Assembly (NCBI GenBank): GCA_051294375.1
Contig: JBJCIZ010000028.1
Location: forward strand, 2,071,647-2,135,646
Origin: Paraspadella gotoi
Lineage: Eukaryota > Animalia > Chaetognatha
Length of the DNA: 64,000 bases
Direction: 5' to 3'
Shown piece by piece: positions 57,825 through 64,000 of this stretch (position 1 is its first letter; each line of letters starts with the position of its first letter). The notes under the pieces were generated by a model. It was not told where the DNA came from and searched no databases. It saw only the letters and a list, made by a program, of their open reading frames with translations. Position numbers and translations under genes: made by a program.

Positions 57825-58162
57825 AATTCATGCATTCAATCACGAGTCTTGTCAGACACCTCTCGGGCTTGAGGAACCTGAGTGATGTCTTGGCCCGGGG
57901 ATTCTGTGGTGGAATATTCACACCACCTCACGTCCACCATCCTTCAATCAAATCCGTTGGCTCAGAGGGGGGGACACACCATCCCAGGCTTAGTGTTCCA
58001 TCCACAGTCCTAGCGACTTCCCTCTGCGTTGGCAAAGCGAGACCGTCCTAGGGTAACCGCGCCAGTGACTGGAGGCGTCACTGTGGGTCGGAAGCCCCCA
58101 GGGCCAAGGGTGGGATGCACCATCCCAATGGGCATCACCGGCAACCCGGCTGTTCCCATATA
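57825..58162 (-). mobile_element. GC-rich structured dispersed repeat (family B), longer copy with TGAA-rich tail
   Basis: Head matches 1152-1296; several hairpins (GGGATG/CATCCC, CAGTGAC/GTCACTG, GTGGTG/CACCAC); ends TGAATGCATGAATTGAAATGAAA. Confidence 0.6.
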
Positions 58163-58704
58163 AGTCACTTTCCTAAAAATCAATTGTCTTCAGCAAAAAA
58201 TTGTTGACATTAAACGACGTCCAATATAATTTGGCAACAGCAAATGTGTGCTGCCTTTTTAATTTGTCCGTATTTTTGCATATCTGTCCTTTTTCTATTT
58301 TTCTCTCTTTCTATCTCTCTCTCTATCTAAATCATTTTCTTATGAAGTTTGCTCCTCCTCCTCTTTATCGTATTTATAATCTTCTCAGGAATAAAATGTT
58401 TTTGTTTTTTTTTGTTACAATAAAATTTTCATGAACAACGCAGACTCATTTACTTTAGAAAATTAAAACAAGAATAAGGGATTGGGTTATTTTTAATTGG
58501 TCAGTCACTTAATCAGTTTCTCTGGTTTTATCGACATAAGGTTGTCATGTTTCGCTGAAGTAGTACATACTTCATACTAGTTTTTGTTGAACAACTGACA
58601 CGAAAAAGTTTTCTTTTTTATTTTGAAGTAAAAACCAATGAATGTCAAAAATTATTGTTGAAAAAATTAGTTAAACAAAATAAATCTAAAAAGCATTATC
58701 TATT

Positions 58705-58815
58705 ATATGAAAATGGTAACAACCAATAAATATTAGCTATATAAGCTTTCACTCAAGTAATTCTCACAGTCGAGTTAATTAACTGAGCACCTGGCTTCTA
58801 TTATAATGAGTTGAT
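58705..58815. mobile_element. dispersed repeat family A, internally deleted copy
   Basis: TATGAAAATGGTA end joined to AAGCTTTC...CACAGTCGAG...CACCTGGCTTC, both present in the 24180 copy. Confidence 0.5.
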
Positions 58816-58820
58816 AAGGT

Positions 58821-59370
58821 ATTTTTAGTCGGATGTGCTTTATGCTTATCATCAGATCCCGACTCTATAATCCACTTGGTCGGTCCGTCGGTCAACCCCC
58901 ACAATCTTGCCGCTCTTTCAATGAAATCATGTCCGAACATCAAATTAGGATAAATTATGTTTACAAAGTAGAGAGTTTTAATTTTGTTTAAACAACGATT
59001 TTATTATTAATTTTTTTTAATTATTCAAAAAAATTAAGTCCGTCCGTCCGTCCGTCCTTCCACCTATAGCATTAAACTCCAATTACTCATGATTGGATGG
59101 ATTATGTGTGTGGGTTGGAAAGTGTGTGATTGAGTTAAGTTTCGATAGAATCCCGAGAGTGAAAATGCGTTCAAATGGAAAAAATACAAGTCTTATTTAC
59201 TTGAATTTGTTTACTTATATTTACTCATAACTATTTAAATTGTTTATAATTGAATAGATGTATTGAGATGAAATTAGGTGCGTGGGTATTGGGAAGGAAA
59301 GTGCGTGGTTTAGGTAGATATAAAGTTCCGTTGGAAGTGGAAATGAGTTAAACTAGAGAAAACAAAGGTC
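58821..59370. mobile_element. DINE-1/HINE-like (Helentron-associated) non-autonomous element fragments
   Basis: TTTTT-AGTCGG...CCGACT-CTATAA short inverted repeat followed by GTCGGTCCGTCGGTC and (CGTC)n tracts, then diverged tandem core units; core also at 17225-17300 and, inverted, at 63880-63975. Confidence 0.5.
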
Positions 59371-60536
59371 ATATTTATTTTTATTCTTTTTCAATATTAA
59401 AGTTGTTTTCTATCTCTATCTTTGTTAAAATGATTGATTGGCTGAGAGATCATTTAATAGATCGAATGATAGATTTATTGTTTGTTTCTTTCTCTCTCTC
59501 TCTCTCTGTGTCTGTCTCTCTCTCTCATCGTAGAACATCAAAATATAACATTTTATTTTGAAAAGTAAGAAAAAGAGAATAAGATATAAAAAAAGAAAGG
59601 AAGAATGAAAGTAAGAATGGAAGAAACAAAAGAAACAAATAATACTGAAATAAAAAGAACAAAAGTTAGAAAAGACCAATAAAACATATATATTGAAAAA
59701 ATAAAAATGATACAAAGAAATTAAGTTTAAATTAAATTTAATCTTCGCTAGAGAGGTCTTTCTTACTCACTTTTGATTCGACTAAAATTGAATTTAATTA
59801 ATTGTACTTTCGTTAAAACTTAAACAGTATCTTTAAACTACATTGTCTTTTGGTTTAATCAGTTGTTATTCTTGGGCTGAATCATTACAAAAATGAGAAA
59901 AAAAAAACAGATCCTTTTTTAATTTTTAACTGTCAGTAACCAAAATACATAATATGTAAAAGAGCAAATTCACAGTGGAGTAGGTTTCCTTTTAAGTTTA
60001 ATTTTGTATTAGCTGTACTGTTTATACTTCATTTAAAAAGTGCATTGTTTTTCCCAAAAAAAAAGGTGCTTTTAAATTATGGCATTTACAACATAGTAAA
60101 ATTGACAAAACGATAAAAATCCACTAAGAACATCTGGCACAAGATAATAAAATAACAAGACATTCACACAGTATAATTTATTAAGTCCCAAATTAGTTTG
60201 CTCACTTACATGTATACGGAAATAAAGTGGTATTATATTGTACGAAAGTGTGCGTCAATTTTTACAGGAGCTAAAATTCGAAATCGCAAGTTTTGTGGTT
60301 TGTGAATGAATAATATCGCTCCGAGGTGAAAGTGAAGCAAGGAAATACTAAAAATTTAGAGAAAAACTTTTATTTTATTGCTACATCTACATCATCAACT
60401 ACATCTACAGCTATCTAAGACATGAATTCGTTTAAGCTTGTAACACAATAAACATAATATTTTAAGAAATAAATTATAAAAAAGATAATGAATGACAGTG
60501 CTTTTTGTGTTGATATTTTAAATTGGGATTGTTAAT

Positions 60537-62453
60537 TTAAAGTCGCGTGGAAAATAATTCAAAAATAGGAATTATCAGAAAAGGGAGTTGCATAAAATCG
60601 ATATAGTCAATATCTGGCGTATCCAGACTGTTCTTAAATTTTGAAAAGTAAAATGAATAATTTTTCTTGAATTTTTCATAAATTTCCGTATATATAGGTG
60701 AAGAAGCAGTTGACAGTTGTTTTTTAGCACACCAAAACACTTTCTCACAAAACTCTCTTAAATATAATAAATCAGGACTAGTAGATGGGTAAAATTCTGC
60801 GTTATGAACCTCAAGATTATATAGACTCATAAAACCTTCCTTTGGTATATCATCGGAAACAATATCTTGAATAGAATATATTTTTTTGTGATTAGGCCAC
60901 AGCTCGGTCAAAATATATAGGATAGTAAATATTGCTGAGATATATGAATAAAATAAAAATTTAGTCTTGATTTTGCAGCAGAATTTTAAAATTACAAAAT
61001 AGTACAAAATATGTACTTTTGGTAACATTAGGATAAAAATAAATAAGTTGAAATTATCTGATATGTATTTGTATGTCAAAATTTGTGAAAAAAATAATTT
61101 TAATTTTACATTAGATTTTTCTATGGTTAAATTATAATAACACATTTTCATTATCAAGTCTTTTATTTCTGGCTCGAAATTAATTTTCAAAAAAAAAATT
61201 TTAAAAAGCAAGAAAGAACAAAACAGAACTAGTATGATGCTTAAAATAACTTTTGTTGCTTTATGTTTTATATGGTTTTTAATATTAATTATAAGCACTA
61301 ACAGCACTATCCAAAAAGTTTTTGACATAATATTAACCAATTTGAAGACTTTTAAATGTAAAAATTGAAAAGCTTCAATTTTTTTTTCCGTCCAAATACT
61401 ACGAAAATCCTTATAAGGAATACTTTCAAACATAAATGATACAGAGCAGCTCAAAATACAAATCAACACGATTCCAAATACAGACACTATTTGTAAAAAA
61501 AAACGAGAACAGATCATATGGAATTTGATAGCTGAAACTGCGTTAAAAAGACTAAACATGATGTCACATAGCATCAAAATAGAAAGTATTTTCAATTCGG
61601 GATTGAAATGAGCAAAGTTTCCCAAAATATCAACACTATTGGGTATTCTTGGAATTTTAATTAAAGTACCATTTTGCCAAACACCACTTTTTGGAGATTG
61701 GCATCCTACATTATTAACCATACTTTTATATTTTATCAGGTTTAATTTTTCCCATTTTTTGTCACTTTTTTTATTTGGTATAACACAATTTAAGTCATTT
61801 AAACCAGTCAGTGGATTCCAAACTCTTTTAAAATACAATAATTTGTGTGGAATCCTTCTTTCTACAATTCTATTAAATCCCCAAAAGATGTCCATATATT
61901 CCAGGCCTGTCTTTTGAATTTCATTATGCCTTTTAGTTATGAACAATATTGAAATTAAAAACATGTTGTATATTGAGCATCTGATTAATTTTAAAATTTT
62001 GACTTTATTCTTTCTGAGATTTTTTGTGTTTTTACCATAAAAACAGTTTTTAAACATTTTAATTGTACACTTCAATTCCTCTATTGTAAAAATACGGAAC
62101 AAAATAAAAGGCAAAATAATTAAAAATATTTCAGACACGGGAATCAAACATAAGAAAGACAGATACAAAAATGTCATTATCCCGATCATAATTTGTATTA
62201 TAGACGTCGCTTTAAAAAAAGAAATATCGATAAAGGAATTGAAATTGAAATTCATTGTTTGTTCTCGGAAATTAGCAACTGTTTTTGCAACGCTGATTGT
62301 TGACAAGGCCACCGAGAAGAAGGGCCAATAATTCTGAACAGGCCACTGGCAAATGTTCTCAGATTTTCTGTAGTGTGAACATCCGCATAAAACTTTTGGA
62401 TTAATCATTTTTGATGTGCCATCTCGGGAAACAGACCAGAGATAACGGTTACC
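60537..62453 (-). CDS. terminal exon (638 aa) of XK-related multipass membrane protein, paralog B; 5' exon not in window
   Basis: Colinear with 53346-55211 along its length (NYWPFFSVALST, GLNDLNC, FQFLHLK, FIFILMLPK, DFMQLPF); similarity starts exactly at acceptor TTTTCCTTCATCAG|GGTAAC, phase 0. Confidence 0.8.
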   Translation of the reverse strand, partial: GNRYLWSVSRDGTSKMINPKVLCGCSHYRKSENICQWPVQNYWPFFSVALSTISVAKTVANFREQTMNFNFNSFIDISFFKATSIIQIMIGIMTFLYLSFLCLIPVSEIFLIILPFILFRIFTIEELKCTIKMFKNCFYGKNTKNLRKNKVKILKLIRCSIYNMFLISILFITKRHNEIQKTGLEYMDIFWGFNRIVERRIPHKLLYFKRVWNPLTGLNDLNCVIPNKKSDKKWEKLNLIKYKSMVNNVGCQSPKSGVWQNGTLIKIPRIPNSVDILGNFAHFNPELKILSILMLCDIMFSLFNAVSAIKFHMICSRFFLQIVSVFGIVLICILSCSVSFMFESIPYKDFRSIWTEKKIEAFQFLHLKVFKLVNIMSKTFWIVLLVLIINIKNHIKHKATKVILSIILVLFCSFLLFKIFFLKINFEPEIKDLIMKMCYYNLTIEKSNVKLKLFFSQILTYKYISDNFNLFIFILMLPKVHILYYFVILKFCCKIKTKFLFYSYISAIFTILYILTELWPNHKKIYSIQDIVSDDIPKEGFMSLYNLEVHNAEFYPSTSPDLLYLREFCEKVFWCAKKQLSTASSPIYTEIYEKFKKNYSFYFSKFKNSLDTPDIDYIDFMQLPFLIIPIFELFSTRL

Positions 62454-63879
62454 CTGATGAAGGAAAATATTGTTTCTGATTGTGTCAATACTGTTTTTGT
62501 TATTAATGAAAAAAAATCGAGTTTGAGCGAACAATGTCGAATCTGCCCACGATCATTAGCGGTAATTAATTAATTAATTAATTTATTCATTCAAGTTAGT
62601 AAATTAATTAGGCAATTATTAATTAATTAATTTGAGCCAAAATGTTTGGTTTTAGCTATTTTCATCACTGACCACGACAAAAGCAATGAGGATGACGACG
62701 ACAAAAATTATGCTAATAACGATTGACTTGATTGATATATTGATTGATTTATTGAATGAAGCGCTCAAAACGATCGTTCAATGAGCGGTCGAGAGGAAAC
62801 TCGGCATCGCGAGGCAAGTAGGCAGCAACCCCGCCAACAGCGCCGCCGTCAGCGTTGGGTCTTACGCGACCTCGGCCGGGAGGAGCCGACTCTCTGCGCG
62901 CGCGATCTTCTTCCATCTTCAAAAGTTGATCCCGAAAACTTTGGATTGATTCTGATTAACGTTGACTGTAGGTTGCGTATTTTAAGTCGGGCGATCAACT
63001 ACTCCGCAGACGGCATAACAATCAAGCCCCAGTAAGCAAAGACTCCCCACCGGGCGTTGTAGACAGTCCTTAGTGTCTAGCTCGGATGACAAGACCCGTC
63101 AATATGCTAGCTTACATCCACCCACGCGGGATGTGAAGGGGAAAAGAGTGGAATTAAACCCCCACTTAGTTATCTTTAGCCGATCTTACCTCTTATCTAT
63201 CACTTAATATATCAACATTGTGAATATCTCTCACGCAGCCCACCCCTCCCCAAACTTAAGGTAACAATAGCACAAGAGACGTGGGGAGCCGAACAAAAGC
63301 CGATGCCTACCATGTCGTCTTTATACTAACATCCTGTAATAACTTGACGAATCTTATTTAGCCTATATATTAATAGAGGATTGAGTATTCACTATAGTTA
63401 TATTAAATAATGTAGTTGACTCAAGTGGCGAATATTTTTTAGCAAATAATATTAAGACAATTTTTCTTTAAGGAAACAAAAAAGGTTATAATCCAAAAAA
63501 TAAAAGTAAACCATAACGAAAAGTCAATAACAATAGTAAAAACCAAAAAGAGAAAAAACAATAACAATTCAATGGTCAACGTTCAAGTGAGTGAGGTGAA
63601 ACCTGACCCAAGGTCAAGTGGTCGAATAATGGGCAGTGAACTTGATCGTCGTTGTTGTGGTCGTTTGTTGTTTTTGTTGTCATCGTCACTTGAGCTGCTA
63701 CAAATAGATAATAAATTGATTGAATGAATAATTAATTAATAGATAAATAAATTGATTGATTGAATAATTAATTGATTTATTAATTGACTGATTAATTAAT
63801 TATTTATTATTTAATTGACTAATTAATTAATTAACTTATTTTTTTTTTATTAATTAATACATCAATTAGTGAAACAGGT

Positions 63880-63975
63880 TTTTTGTTTTTTCATTTAAAC
63901 TCATTTCCATTGGGACGATTCCATCAAAACTTGATTTTCAGCTTAATCACACACTTTCCGACCACACACAAAATT
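63880..63975. mobile_element. fragment of the element family at 59100-59370, inverted
   Basis: AATCACACACTTTCCGACCACACACA approximates the reverse complement of TGTGTGTGGGTTGGAAAGTGTGTGATT at 59105. Confidence 0.5.
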
Positions 63976-64000
63976 TCAAGTTAATCGCCCCATACAACCA

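Noticed and set aside
62454-62534. N-terminal 27 aa of the 665-aa ORF
   Set aside because: Similarity to the paralog begins only at the CAG acceptor; this part is intron read-through.
53346-62534. Endogenous viral or endosymbiont origin of the long AT-rich ORFs
   Set aside because: Conserved spliceosomal acceptor and XK motif point to host genes.

Overview
AT-rich, microsatellite-dense animal (invertebrate, possibly arthropod/crustacean; inferred, not established) genomic scaffold of draft quality: several N-gaps, four of exactly 25 N, flanked by indel-ridden duplicated blocks that look like raw long-read gap filling. Most ORFs in the track are microsatellite artefacts. Supported genes: (1) a three-exon secreted cysteine-rich protein with two degenerate WAP-like repeats (2698-8459, +), not predicted as a whole by the ORF track; (2) a long C2H2 zinc-finger array gene (about 9718-14076, +) broken by assembly errors; (3) three minus-strand XK-related (Xkr/CED-8-like) multipass membrane gene copies: a 5' exon at 59-259, a two-exon gene at 53346-57031 and a paralogous 3' exon at 60537-62453 with the same splice acceptor position. 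The rest is satellites, a tRNA-derived SINE pair, two further dispersed repeat families, MITE/Helentron-associated elements, a 20-bp minisatellite carrying a CCAAT box in most units, an octamer-motif repeat family and a five-CCAAT promoter-like island. No prokaryotic-type system, CRISPR, rRNA or intact tRNA was found.
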